The position numbers and the translations under genes were made by a program. A model generated the notes under the pieces. That model made no database searches and had not been told where the DNA came from. It saw only the letters and a program-made list of their open reading frames with translations. From a virus, in IMG/VR virus record IMGVR_UViG_3300028608_000007, positions 64,001 to 128,000 of that record: 64,000 nt of DNA. One strand, 5' to 3'. Shown here one piece after another: positions 38,370 through 48,123 of this stretch; the stretch's first letter is position 1; the number at the start of each line of letters is the position of its first letter.

Positions 38370-39322
38370 TAGCGATTTCCTTTATTGTCGCCCGGTTCTT
38401 CAAATTCGTCCACCAAATGCGGACAGTCGTCGTAGTTGAACTCTTCTTGTGGCTCAGGAGGGAGTTCATCCTCATCGTCATCCATAAACAACGGGTACTC
38501 CTCGTCAATCAAAACCTCTGGGTTCTTGTCAAGGTGGGCCGCAATGTGTAGGTGACGATACAGTGGAGGGAGGAATCGTGCGTAACGGCTAACGATCACA
38601 CCGTCCAAGTAACGACGGAAGTTCCAAGTAAAGAGGTAGTGGGCCAGTTTCTTAACGGACTCAATACCGGTTTCTTTAAAGCTTATGCCCTTGGCTTTGT
38701 TGAGGCGAATGACTGCGTGCCAGAACATGCCAAAAGCGAGGTGATACTCTTCCCAACCCATCTTGCGAGGGTAGTGGTCGACCCCAGCTTGGATGTGTTC
38801 GTTGTTATAGTCCTTCAACAACTCTTCCAACGCATGTAAACACGCGGTGTTCTCATTGAAGAAGTAGTTGCGACCGAACTCAGCACCCATCAAACCGTAA
38901 TAGCCAACGCCTGTTTGGTTCAAGAGTTTCTTACGACTCTTCACGTCCTCCTGCTCTTGCATGGATTTCTCGTGACGTTTGCGAGCCGCCAAGGTATCCT
39001 TGAGGTGCGCTTCTTTCACGATACAGGATTTAGTGACCGCCGCAGAGGAAGGCCAACCCAAGGCTTGCCAACACAATGCAGACGCATCGTCGTAATCCAC
39101 CTTCAACTCACGCCACACGTGATGGACTAACCGACCCATCAAGGTTTGTGAGATGTAGGGTTTCTTGCGAATAATTTCCAATGTTTCTTCGACCGCAGCT
39201 TTGTCGATGTGGGCTTCCAACACTACTTCACGAGGCTTTGACTTGTTGAAGTTGTGACTAGCTGTCGGACGGAGGTAGTAGACAGGTTGATTCTTCTTAG
39301 AGCCCATGGTATTCCGTTCCAA
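38369..39322 (-). CDS. hypothetical protein with acidic C-tail
   Basis: 317 aa; start may be 39307. Confidence 0.75.
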   Translation of the reverse strand: MERNTMGSKKNQPVYYLRPTASHNFNKSKPREVVLEAHIDKAAVEETLEIIRKKPYISQTLMGRLVHHVWRELKVDYDDASALCWQALGWPSSAAVTKSCIVKEAHLKDTLAARKRHEKSMQEQEDVKSRKKLLNQTGVGYYGLMGAEFGRNYFFNENTACLHALEELLKDYNNEHIQAGVDHYPRKMGWEEYHLAFGMFWHAVIRLNKAKGISFKETGIESVKKLAHYLFTWNFRRYLDGVIVSRYARFLPPLYRHLHIAAHLDKNPEVLIDEEYPLFMDDDEDELPPEPQEEFNYDDCPHLVDEFEEPGDNKGNR

Positions 39323-39355
39323 ATAGATGCGGGTCCCCGAAGAGACCCTAAGCGA

Positions 39356-39709
39356 TTAAAGTTTGGTGCGTGCAGCGAGGATGTTTCGATTCTTCATCGG
39401 TTGTAGCGCAATGCCACAACCCACTTCCCAGACTGCAATGCGTTCGTAAGGATCAGGACCATAACGTTCCCACTCCATCGCATTCACATATACCGGGTTG
39501 CCGGTCACACCAGCCACCATCAGCGTAACCCGCATGTAGTTACCACCGTCGGCCGGTTGAACGTCCCAGACATCGGCGTATTGGCGCAGACTCCCACGAC
39601 CAAGATCGCGCATGTAGTCCGAGTAGAACTTGTGTCGCACCGCAAACGCTAGCAGACCCAGCAACAGTACGATTACCAGTACAACAATGAAGATGTCCTT
39701 CCATTCCAT
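39356..39709 (-). CDS. membrane-anchored hypothetical protein
   Basis: N-terminal TM helix; GAGGA SD. Confidence 0.7.
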   Translation of the reverse strand: MEWKDIFIVVLVIVLLLGLLAFAVRHKFYSDYMRDLGRGSLRQYADVWDVQPADGGNYMRVTLMVAGVTGNPVYVNAMEWERYGPDPYERIAVWEVGCGIALQPMKNRNILAARTKL

Positions 39710-39711
39710 CG

Positions 39712-40458
39712 TTACATCCTCGGAACCACTACCCCGGTTTGACCCTGATACTTGCCCCCACGGTCTTTGTACGAGGTTTCACAGGCCTCGTCAGACTCCA
39801 GGAACAGCATCTGCGCAACGCCTTCGTTGGCGTAGATCTTTGCAGGGAGGTTGGTGGTGTTGGAGAACTCCAGCGTCACGTGACCTTCCCACTCAGGTTC
39901 GAGCGGGGTGACGTTGACGATGATGCCGCAGCGAGCATAGGTCGACTTGCCCAGGCAGATGGTCAGGACATTCCGTGGGATGCGGAAGTACTCAACCGTA
40001 CGAGCCAGTGCAAAGCTGTTCGGTGGGATGATGCACACGTCGGACTTGATGTCCACGAATGCTTTCTCATCGAAGTTCTTCGGATCGACCGTTGCCGAGT
40101 TGATGTTGGTGAACACCTTGAACTCGTCAGCACAACGTACGTCGTAACCATACGACGAAGTGCCGTAGGAGATCAGTTTGTCTGTCCGATTGTTCAGGAC
40201 CTCGTTCTTGACGAATTTACTACGAACCTGACCGTATTCGAACGGTTCGATCATTGGCTTGAAGCCGGTACGAATCGGATCGTCTTCCTTCAAGCGCACA
40301 GCCCAGAAGCGAGCCTCCAAGCTTTCCAGTTGGTCTTTGGTGTGAGTGATACCTTCCCACGCCGGTTCCTTGATCTCACTCGAACCCGGCTTTACGTACA
40401 ACAGGTGGGTTGGTGGAACCGATTTACGGCGAATCCATTTGTCTGGTTTGATGCTCAC
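39712..40458 (-). CDS. dcd: dCTP deaminase with N-terminal insertion
   Basis: [50 protein letters not shown]. Confidence 0.95.
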   Translation of the reverse strand: MSIKPDKWIRRKSVPPTHLLYVKPGSSEIKEPAWEGITHTKDQLESLEARFWAVRLKEDDPIRTGFKPMIEPFEYGQVRSKFVKNEVLNNRTDKLISYGTSSYGYDVRCADEFKVFTNINSATVDPKNFDEKAFVDIKSDVCIIPPNSFALARTVEYFRIPRNVLTICLGKSTYARCGIIVNVTPLEPEWEGHVTLEFSNTTNLPAKIYANEGVAQMLFLESDEACETSYKDRGGKYQGQTGVVVPRM

Positions 40459-41063
40459 GTTAACAGTTCCTTGATTGCATTTTCGAGAGTGAGGGAAGGA
40501 GTAACGAAAGCTACGATGCCTTCATGCTGGGTGAAGATACGCAGGCTCTCTTTGATTTCTGGAAGCGAGTCTTCTACGTCGAAGCTAACAAACACGACAG
40601 ACGAGTTGATCTCTTCGAGGATCTCAATGAGCTGTTCAGCACTGTGTTCCAGTTCCTCGAATACACCTTCTACGTTGGCGTGTACCTGCTCGATGTCTTC
40701 GAAGGTGACGTAGACCACCGTGGTATCACGGGTGTCCAGTGCGCGGTGATACGCATCGAGTAGTAGACCGCTCTTTACAGTTTTCGTGACGGTGCTGCGG
40801 TGCCCAAGGTAGTCGTATGTTTCTTCCTCGATCGGCCACATGGCGGACTTTGGGAAAGGATACACACGACCATCAGGGAGTTTGGTGATATACAGACCAG
40901 ACTTCAAAAGCTGGGTGACCAGCAGGTCTTGACCAATGAAGGGTCGAGCATCAGGATCAATCCCGTGATCGCCCCCACCGGTCATGTTGTAGTGCTTACC
41001 GATCTCCAGCGGATTGCCACGAAACAGTTTCTCCTGCTCGCGACTCATAGATAGCTTAGCCAT
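40455..41063 (-). CDS. hypothetical protein
   Basis: 202 aa in tight operon. Confidence 0.7.
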   Translation of the reverse strand: MAKLSMSREQEKLFRGNPLEIGKHYNMTGGGDHGIDPDARPFIGQDLLVTQLLKSGLYITKLPDGRVYPFPKSAMWPIEEETYDYLGHRSTVTKTVKSGLLLDAYHRALDTRDTTVVYVTFEDIEQVHANVEGVFEELEHSAEQLIEILEEINSSVVFVSFDVEDSLPEIKESLRIFTQHEGIVAFVTPSLTLENAIKELLT

Positions 41064-41448
41064 GTTCTTTATTACCCCCAGTCAGCTTTTCGTAAAGCTC
41101 TTTCAAGTCAGTGAAGAAGAGTTGCTTCTTGTAGCCGGTGGTTTTGAACATCTCAGCCACCTCTGCCGCCATTTCGTCGATCGTGGTTTCGCTCCCCTTG
41201 GAGATCGCACGGTAGTAGACTTGATGACGAGAGAAGCTGTGGTGCATGTCACGCGGATTGATGCCTTCCACGTTACACGCAGAATCCACACGTTCCTTAA
41301 AAGGAATGCGGGATTCTTCTTTGCTTTGCGTCATGAAGATCACGCTGGCAAAGCTTTCGTTATTCGCCACTGACAACGATTGACGCAAACTACCGAGTTG
41401 TACCTCGATAGGGTAAACAAAGTCTTTCGGGTAATCTGTTACGAACAT
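41056..41448 (-). CDS. hypothetical protein
   Basis: 130 aa, GAGG SD. Confidence 0.7.
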   Translation of the reverse strand: MFVTDYPKDFVYPIEVQLGSLRQSLSVANNESFASVIFMTQSKEESRIPFKERVDSACNVEGINPRDMHHSFSRHQVYYRAISKGSETTIDEMAAEVAEMFKTTGYKKQLFFTDLKELYEKLTGGNKEHG

Positions 41449-41855
41449 GGAGACCTCGGTGCGTATCCGATATTGTCAAAGAGACCGGCGATACTAAGAT
41501 CGTCAGTGAAGAAGTACACGTCGTTATCGGGGAAACGTTCACCCCATTGTTGCATATCGATGAAGGTCATGGTCGGACCGTCATTGATTACCCCACCCCC
41601 ATCGAACTTTTGATTACGCCAACCATGTCCAAAGCTGATGTTGTTCTCTTCGGTGAAGGTTGTCCAGTCGATACAGTTCTCTTCCCGCACCGTTTCCAAA
41701 GAAAGCTCCCAACGCTCATTAAGAGCCTCGGAAGTATCCAGACCCGTCACAAACTTACAGCCCCCACCCACAGGTGGATTGTGAAGAACGAATTGCATCA
41801 TCTCCACTACAGTTCCTTTGTACAGCTTTACGTTGTCAGGTAAGGTCCGTTTCAT
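41439..41855 (-). CDS. hypothetical protein
   Basis: 138 aa, GGAG SD. Confidence 0.7.
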   Translation of the reverse strand: MKRTLPDNVKLYKGTVVEMMQFVLHNPPVGGGCKFVTGLDTSEALNERWELSLETVREENCIDWTTFTEENNISFGHGWRNQKFDGGGVINDGPTMTFIDMQQWGERFPDNDVYFFTDDLSIAGLFDNIGYAPRSPCS

Positions 41856-41866
41856 TTATAACTCCG

Positions 41867-41900
41867 GGCATAAAAGGAAAAGGGGACCGAAGTCCCCTCT
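41867..41900 (-). terminator. intrinsic terminator flanked by GGCATA
   Basis: AGGGGAC/GTCCCCT stem, TTCG loop, T tracts on minus strand. Confidence 0.75.
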
Positions 41901-41903
41901 GAA

Positions 41904-42176
41904 TCAGTAAGCCGCCATACTTGCGTTGGAGGTTTCGCAGATGGTGATCTTCACGTACTTCTGACTGATCAACTGGTAGACCTTACAGTCACCAATGGTC
42001 GCAATCAGTTCGTAGTTGTCGGCCATGATCTGCGGATTAGCCAGCGCTGCCTTACGGAACTCTTTCTGTTCCGCCTTGGCTAACATGGCCAAACTAACAA
42101 CCATCGAGACTGCTATCAGCGCGTAGAGGGGCCACCAACGTTTCAGATGGATACCCGCCCATTCACCGAAGCTCAC
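41904..42176 (-). CDS. small membrane-anchored protein
   Basis: N-terminal TM; GTGA overlap with upstream gene; C-x-x-Y..C motif. Confidence 0.65.
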   Translation of the reverse strand: MSFGEWAGIHLKRWWPLYALIAVSMVVSLAMLAKAEQKEFRKAALANPQIMADNYELIATIGDCKVYQLISQKYVKITICETSNASMAAY

Positions 42177-43057
42177 TGGCGCACAGCTTTCAGGTTGCTG
42201 TTGATGGCTTTGGCCACAGCACGTTTGACGTTGCGACCTTCTTTCTTCTCGAGGTCAGCGTGCCACGAATTGTTGTACACCACTTGGGCCGACATGCAGT
42301 AGGTGCTGATGTTGGTCCAGGCGTTGTCCGACGGAATGCCCGAGTCACCTTTGTTGTCGATCTTGCAAGCGAAGTACAGAGGGTTCTCGTTGCGATCTTT
42401 GGCTTTGCCGAAGGCCGAAGCTTTGATCTCACCGATGCTCAATGTTTCCTTGAAGTCGTCAGTGATTTCATTGGTGATCAGACCAGGCCGACCCACATAG
42501 ATCATGCCACCGACTTCGATACGGATACCTCCTTTCATGGTGAAGCCTTGGTTCACAGCTTCAGCGGCCGAATACCAATCGTCGAATTCGACGGTCTTGA
42601 TATTCTTGAAGTCTTCCGAGACGTTACCGAAGTTACGCACGGTTACTTCTGCGCCAGAGCCCGAAACGAAGGCAACCGCCCGGACGAGGTTTTCTTCATC
42701 CTTCATGTCATCGAAGTTCTTGACGCCAGTCTTCCCGTGAATCCAGAAGACCGCCTCGGTGTGAGCGTTGGTCACCGCGATATCTCGCGGCAGACCCAAG
42801 GAGGTTACCGCGTCAGCCTGCATGATGGCCATGACGCAGTCGCCTTCCTTCATCAGTTGGGCGTTCTCGACAGAGCCGCCAGTGTTGACGACATCCAACT
42901 TGGCGCCGGTCTTGCGAGCAATCTCGCCGCCGATGGTTTGACCTAGGGCTTCGTACGCACCGCCTTCACCACCCGTGCAGAAGGTGAGGTCTTGTGGGAC
43001 AGCAAGTACAGCAGTGGAAGCGATGGCCAGCAAGGCACCGATCAGGAAACGTTTCAT
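42173..43057 (-). CDS. TAXI-family (TRAP-type) periplasmic binding protein-like
   Basis: Signal peptide; FCTGGEGGAY, TGGSVEN, AIMQADA, GSGAEVT. Confidence 0.75.
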   Translation of the reverse strand: MKRFLIGALLAIASTAVLAVPQDLTFCTGGEGGAYEALGQTIGGEIARKTGAKLDVVNTGGSVENAQLMKEGDCVMAIMQADAVTSLGLPRDIAVTNAHTEAVFWIHGKTGVKNFDDMKDEENLVRAVAFVSGSGAEVTVRNFGNVSEDFKNIKTVEFDDWYSAAEAVNQGFTMKGGIRIEVGGMIYVGRPGLITNEITDDFKETLSIGEIKASAFGKAKDRNENPLYFACKIDNKGDSGIPSDNAWTNISTYCMSAQVVYNNSWHADLEKKEGRNVKRAVAKAINSNLKAVRQ

Positions 43058-43803
43058 TGTTTTACTCCAGTGATTTTAGCGTTGTTATCGAGCAGGGTGA
43101 CTTTGAGTTCTGGACGACCATTGGCCAGATCAGGATTCTCGTGGCCGTCGTACTTGGTGATGTCGCCGTCTTGGCAAACAACATCCAAGTTGGTGAAACC
43201 GTTTTGCAGAAGAGCCCGGCGGATGATTTCAGTCACCTGGGTCTTACCGATACCAGGAATGCTACCGCGTACTTCGATTTCCAGAGCGGGCTCAGGGAGT
43301 ACCCGTACAGTTGGGGCTACACTCACTTCTTCTTCCTTCTTAGGAGGGTTGATTAAATCGAACGTGATGATCTTGGATACGGCACGTTCAGGCCAGGTGG
43401 TAACTTTGGTCAGACCACGCATTCCAAAGTGCAACACACCTTCTGGGTCTTCCAGAATCTTGCGCACCGCATCGCCATAGGGACCTGTCGGCATGAATCG
43501 AGCCGTCATGTGATCTTCATCCATTCCCATTGGGAAGTGGAGTCGACCGCAGACTTGCGAATCATCGATGGTGTGGATGCGCTTAATAGCTGCCTCGGCC
43601 GAGAACAGCTTCGGTTCACGAGAACGTGGAGCACCGTACTCCACATACATCTCGCGGCCTTCACGACAACGACTCACCCAGGCTTCGCGTACCGACTCAG
43701 CGTCGTATTGCAAGCCATTGCGAAATGGATCGCTGAATGCGCCGAGCACCACTTCGTACGTACCGTCAGGCAACAGACGAAGATCCTTTACTTTATTGGT
43801 CAC
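43054..43803 (-). CDS. prohead-protease (T4 gp21/phiKZ gp175-like) paralog lacking catalytic residues, fused to a small P-loop-like module
   Basis: YEVVLGAF, EYGAP (for GHP), RIHTID, PTGPYG, FGMR (for FSxR), TFD; C-terminal VRGSIPGIGKT. Confidence 0.55.
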   Translation of the reverse strand: MTNKVKDLRLLPDGTYEVVLGAFSDPFRNGLQYDAESVREAWVSRCREGREMYVEYGAPRSREPKLFSAEAAIKRIHTIDDSQVCGRLHFPMGMDEDHMTARFMPTGPYGDAVRKILEDPEGVLHFGMRGLTKVTTWPERAVSKIITFDLINPPKKEEEVSVAPTVRVLPEPALEIEVRGSIPGIGKTQVTEIIRRALLQNGFTNLDVVCQDGDITKYDGHENPDLANGRPELKVTLLDNNAKITGVKQ

Positions 43804-43958
43804 AGCAGTCCCCTTGCAGCAGCCATCTTTTTGTACTTCTCGATCATGGGAAAGAGATTATTCTTGTGACGCAAACCCAAACGTTCACAGCGCTTGACTT
43901 TTGCCTCTTCCTTCTTGATAGCTTTCTGAAGCTTTTCCAATTCGTCATCGCCACCCAT
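43800..43958 (-). CDS. small basic hypothetical protein (52 aa, not in ORF track)
   Basis: MGGDDELEKLQKAIKKEEAK...; GGAG SD; stop overlaps GTG of next gene. Confidence 0.55.
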   Translation of the reverse strand: MGGDDELEKLQKAIKKEEAKVKRCERLGLRHKNNLFPMIEKYKKMAAARGLL

Positions 43959-43983
43959 TAGAATCTCCTTGGTATTGCTAGTC

Positions 43984-44010
43984 TATAATCTACATCTGAG
44001 ATATTTTTTA
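43984..44010 (-). promoter_or_regulatory. putative phage early promoter
   Basis: Minus strand AAAAATATCTCAGATGTAGATTA aligns with 16911 and 63201 motifs. Confidence 0.55.
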
Positions 44011-44033
44011 TTACCGGTCTAAGGCGTCAGTAA

Positions 44034-44052
44034 TTTTTTATCGTATTGTATG
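44034..44052 (+). promoter_or_regulatory. putative late promoter (T-tract..TATG)
   Basis: TTTTTTATCGTATTGTATG upstream of structural array; TATG is the phiKZ late-promoter motif. Confidence 0.45.
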
Positions 44053-44100
44053 TTGGGCTCAAGACTGCCCACCCGTTACGTCCCTTCGAAGAGAGCGATC

Positions 44101-44634
44101 ATGACTGACTTAACCAAAGCCCCAAAACAGGTCATTATCGACCTGATCAATGCTGACAACACCCCGCTGGCACTGACCGAAGAGCTGATCACGTTTGGCC
44201 TTCCGACTGCTGCCACTGGTGAGAGTCCGCCGAAAAACACCGAGATCACCGTATCCGCCGCCGAAGGCAGTGGCTACTCTGGTTCGGTGGTTGTGACGTA
44301 CAACCGTGTTGCACTGTCGACCATTCCGACCATCGCCGCTGCACCTGCCGAGTTCCCCCTGGGTAACGCGCAGACCCTCAAGGACCTGATCCCCGAATTC
44401 AATGCCAAGTACGGCGTCAATCTGACCGACGACGACTACGTCGACGCTCCGATCCCGGAATTCACCGGTGGCCTGAACGAAGAGCACACTGTTCAGCTCG
44501 TTGCTAAAGCCGACTCGCTGATCTACATCGGCTCCGTCGACATCGTGGTACAGGGTGCTGACATCCCGCTGGCTTCCGTCCTGACCAACACCGCTCTGAA
44601 CGGTCTGGTTTACGAAGCGCCAGTGACTCCGTAA
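44101..44634 (+). CDS. virion tail/fibre-associated protein, family A (anchor domain only)
   Basis: LINxxN..FGxP..NT..YSGSV.V.YxR..L motif shared across the array. Confidence 0.8.
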   Translation: MTDLTKAPKQVIIDLINADNTPLALTEELITFGLPTAATGESPPKNTEITVSAAEGSGYSGSVVVTYNRVALSTIPTIAAAPAEFPLGNAQTLKDLIPEFNAKYGVNLTDDDYVDAPIPEFTGGLNEEHTVQLVAKADSLIYIGSVDIVVQGADIPLASVLTNTALNGLVYEAPVTP

Positions 44635-44651
44635 GAAACCCTGACGCTGAG

Positions 44652-44683
44652 CGGAGGAGGGGCTACGGCCTCTCCTCCGTTTC
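44652..44683 (+). terminator. intrinsic terminator
   Basis: CGGAGGAG/CTCCTCCG stem plus TTT. Confidence 0.7.
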
Positions 44684-44721
44684 TGCTGTTTTCAAGCACT
44701 TCGACTTCCAGGAGTTAACCA

Positions 44722-45516
44722 ATGAACCTCTTACCGGGATCGTCCGAAGCTGCGCTGCTCGAACTCGTCAATCAGGCCAACAGTCTGGCTCAACCCCTAG
44801 AAGTAGGGGACTTGTACTTCGGCAAAGTCAAGACTTTGTCAGGCGGGCTGGTTGAGATCCCTGCTGTAACGATGTATGACAGCGCGTATGAGGGCTACGT
44901 CAAGTTCCGCTACCAGCGCCTGAGTCTCGCCAAAGCGTTCGGTACTATCCGTCCACAACTGCGCGACATCGGTTACCCAACCCTCCACCAACTGTTACCT
45001 GTCATCAACAAAAAGCTTGGGATCAACCTTGAGCCTGTTGATGTGGTCGATGTCCAATTCGACTGGCTGGGTAACAACGAACAACTGAACATCCAGATTA
45101 CCGCAACGGCGAACTCACTGGGTTACGAAGGCTCCTTCATTGTGACCTTTACTCGTGTTCGCCCGATGTTGAACAAGGTAGTGGCCGCTACTACCCTGGA
45201 TGTGTTGAAGCACCACACTACCCCAGTGACTGGTACGCTGGCGCTGGCTATGGCCACCTACTCGATCGACTTCACCGACGAGAAGAATTCGCTACCGATC
45301 TACGCACCCTACAGATACTGGGCCAACATTGGCGCAACGCGGACTCTCTTGGCCAGCTACGGTTTCCCAAACTGGCCTCAGGCACAAATCGGTACGCTCA
45401 AGTGGGGGCTGACTTCTAGTTTCCCCGAAGCGAATCAAAGTTTCAAGAACGTGATCATCCACCCCAACCCGAATATTGCGGGCTACACGGGTGACGCTTA
45501 CCTCCATTACAACTGA
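44722..45516 (+). CDS. virion tail/fibre-associated protein, family A (anchor + distal domain)
   Basis: LVNQAN..YEG.V.FRYQRL; distal YSIDFTD..HYN. Confidence 0.8.
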   Translation: MNLLPGSSEAALLELVNQANSLAQPLEVGDLYFGKVKTLSGGLVEIPAVTMYDSAYEGYVKFRYQRLSLAKAFGTIRPQLRDIGYPTLHQLLPVINKKLGINLEPVDVVDVQFDWLGNNEQLNIQITATANSLGYEGSFIVTFTRVRPMLNKVVAATTLDVLKHHTTPVTGTLALAMATYSIDFTDEKNSLPIYAPYRYWANIGATRTLLASYGFPNWPQAQIGTLKWGLTSSFPEANQSFKNVIIHPNPNIAGYTGDAYLHYN

Positions 45517-45533
45517 TCCTTAGAGGTGTCGCA

Positions 45534-46367
45534 ATGGCTCTTTATAAGACACCGAAGGCTGCGATCATTGGTTCGATCAAAGCGTTGAACGGTGGCGTGA
45601 CTCTGATCGAGTCCGAATACGTCTTCGGTAACCCGGTTCCGGTAGCTCCTGCAAGCGACGGCACCAACACCACCATCCTGATCTCTGCCAAGGACGCATC
45701 CAGTACCTTTGACGGATCAGTGACGGTTCGCTACACCCGACTGGATCTGGCTGACTTACTCAAACTGGTTCCAGCGTCCCTGAGTCTCCCACCGGTCACT
45801 ACCGTTTGGGAATTTGCTCAAGCCTTCAACAAAACTTACGGTACAGCATTCGAACAAGGTGACTTGGTCGACGGTCCGTTGAACTTGGCCAGCGGTACTG
45901 GTGTGGTGACGTTAACCGCACAAACCAACTCGTATGGTTGGACAGGTACAGTAGAGTTCACTGTGCAACCTGGTCGTTTCCAGATGAACCAACTGGTAAC
46001 GGTCACCACGTTGCCTGGTTTGAACTTCCCTGATCCTTACGAGGGTAAACCCTTCGGCTGGGCTTACAGTTACTGGCGAGACTTCTCTCCGCTGGAACCT
46101 GTGTTGTCATCCATCGTTGTTGAGTCGGTGGACTGGGAAAGTATTGCTCAGGCAATCACTACCCTGACTAACGACCCATGGGTAATCACTGGTCAGAATC
46201 GTTTCTCGTTGAGCGGTGCGACTCTGGAGTACAACGGACTGACTACCGGAACTGAACAAGCCAACTCGGACTACGAGAGCGTGATGATTATCCGGCTGGG
46301 TGCTGACTGCTTGGGCTACAGTGGTCGTCTGTTCCTCCACTACACTCCGGCTGAGACCGACATCTAA
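45534..46367 (+). CDS. virion tail/fibre-associated protein, family A (anchor + distal domain)
   Basis: FGNP..NT..FDGSV.VRYTRLDL; YWRDFS..HYT. Confidence 0.8.
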   Translation: MALYKTPKAAIIGSIKALNGGVTLIESEYVFGNPVPVAPASDGTNTTILISAKDASSTFDGSVTVRYTRLDLADLLKLVPASLSLPPVTTVWEFAQAFNKTYGTAFEQGDLVDGPLNLASGTGVVTLTAQTNSYGWTGTVEFTVQPGRFQMNQLVTVTTLPGLNFPDPYEGKPFGWAYSYWRDFSPLEPVLSSIVVESVDWESIAQAITTLTNDPWVITGQNRFSLSGATLEYNGLTTGTEQANSDYESVMIIRLGADCLGYSGRLFLHYTPAETDI

Positions 46368-46377
46368 GAGGTGATCT

Positions 46378-47154
46378 ATGGATTCCAAAGAGAAACTCTT
46401 GGACCTGATCAACGACCTCAACCAACCACAACGCGAACTGAATGACATCAACGTTCGGTTCACTGGGATTGTACCAGCAGACGAGTCGGGTGCAACAGTC
46501 CTGACTGTCGCTGGTGTTCCAGGACGTGGTTATTCTGGTCAAGTTGATCTGACGTACAGTCGTCTCAACCTCACTGAGATTCTGGACGGTAAGACGGTTC
46601 GTACCCCTGACCCCCAAACCCCCGATTCATTCTTGGAGTTGGTGAACAACGCTTACAATCTCTTCCTGACGGCGATTGACGTCGGAGAGATCACCATCCC
46701 AGAGTTGGGTGAAGGTGAGTACGCGCAGTTGACTCTGGAAGCGAGTCCTGACTCGTTGGGTTTCGTTGGTGTTGCGACTGTCCGGTTTGAGTTCGGTAAG
46801 TCATGGTTAGAGCAGGTGATCGGTAACCGTAACCTGCAAGAGCTGACTCATCCGGTGAAAGTTGACTACCGAATGTCTGCCCGGATGGTAACGTGGAACA
46901 AGGACTTCACTTGTGTCCGGGACGCCATGGCTCTGACCAAGACCCGAGAGTATACCAACTGGCCGGTGATTCAAGCGGCTGCTACTTACATGGGCATCCC
47001 TGCTTGGTCTCCGCATTACCTCGTGGACAAAGCGACTTCGGAAGTTCCCGACGCTAACCCTGAGTTTGATCGTGTGGTGATTCAGGCTGTTCACGATAAC
47101 TCCAAACTCTTGGGTCCGATCTATCTCCACTACAACGTCCTCGAAGAGATTTAG
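46378..47154 (+). CDS. virion tail/fibre-associated protein, family A (anchor + distal domain)
   Basis: LINDLN..YSGQV.L.YSRLNL; NKDFT..HYN. Confidence 0.8.
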   Translation: MDSKEKLLDLINDLNQPQRELNDINVRFTGIVPADESGATVLTVAGVPGRGYSGQVDLTYSRLNLTEILDGKTVRTPDPQTPDSFLELVNNAYNLFLTAIDVGEITIPELGEGEYAQLTLEASPDSLGFVGVATVRFEFGKSWLEQVIGNRNLQELTHPVKVDYRMSARMVTWNKDFTCVRDAMALTKTREYTNWPVIQAAATYMGIPAWSPHYLVDKATSEVPDANPEFDRVVIQAVHDNSKLLGPIYLHYNVLEEI

Positions 47155-47156
47155 TA

Positions 47157-48113
47157 ATGGCCATTTATAAGTTTCCCCCGAAACAAGAGGTTTACGACCT
47201 CATTAACCAGGCGAACCCTGGTTTGACCAAACCGCTGACGGCAACCAACTGTGTGCTGGCAAACCCGGTGGTGATCGCTAACGCTGTGTACCCTGCATCG
47301 AACTCCTCGATCGTGGTATCCCCAGCACCAGGTAACAACGACTACATCGGCAAACAAACGCTGAAGTACAACCGTCGCGACCTGTCCAAGATGTTCCGTG
47401 GTATTACGGTACTGGTCAAGAAGTACGCAGCACGCAACCCGGTTACTGCTGGTCAACTGGCTTTCACCATCTTTGAACTGTTGCCTGACATCAACCGCCT
47501 GTACGGTCTGAACCTGACTGAGGATGACGTCAACACCGGTAATATCCTGCGTGGCTCTACGCTGGAGAATGGTCAGTACACCACCACCGTGACGGTCACC
47601 ACCAAAGCAACCTCTTTGGGCTACATTGGTTCCTTCGCTCTGAAGTGGCTCAACACCCCACAGAGTTTTGTGGACATGATCACCAGTCTGGATCTGGATG
47701 GTCGTAAGTTCCCAGGTGGTAACGTGTTCGATGAAACGCATCTTCCGATCCTGTCGGGTGAAGCGTATCGACTAGACTTCACGCAGACGCTGATCACGGC
47801 CGGGTACACACCACCGGTGTTCGCAAAATCAAACTTCTCGTGGAACTCTACGTGGATCAACGTCTATGCGGCGTTGACAGCAGCGATCAACGCGGTCTCC
47901 GGTGGCCGTACTAACCTGCGCGGTTACGTGGCTGGGGAGAACTACAAAACTCACCCAGGTAGCATTGTGGGAATGCAACACCAGTGTGTCAGTCTCCCTA
48001 GTACCGAGTTCCCTCAACTCAACAGCCGTTTCTATAACCGCTGCTTGATCGTCTTTGTACCAGATGATTGTCCGTGGGCGGCGGGACACATTATCCACCA
48101 CTTCAACGTTTGA
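47157..48113 (+). CDS. virion tail/fibre-associated protein, family A (anchor + distal domain)
   Basis: LINQAN..YIGKQ.LKYNRRDL; RLDFT..HHFN. Confidence 0.8.
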   Translation: MAIYKFPPKQEVYDLINQANPGLTKPLTATNCVLANPVVIANAVYPASNSSIVVSPAPGNNDYIGKQTLKYNRRDLSKMFRGITVLVKKYAARNPVTAGQLAFTIFELLPDINRLYGLNLTEDDVNTGNILRGSTLENGQYTTTVTVTTKATSLGYIGSFALKWLNTPQSFVDMITSLDLDGRKFPGGNVFDETHLPILSGEAYRLDFTQTLITAGYTPPVFAKSNFSWNSTWINVYAALTAAINAVSGGRTNLRGYVAGENYKTHPGSIVGMQHQCVSLPSTEFPQLNSRFYNRCLIVFVPDDCPWAAGHIIHHFNV

Positions 48114-48123
48114 GGACTAGGCT

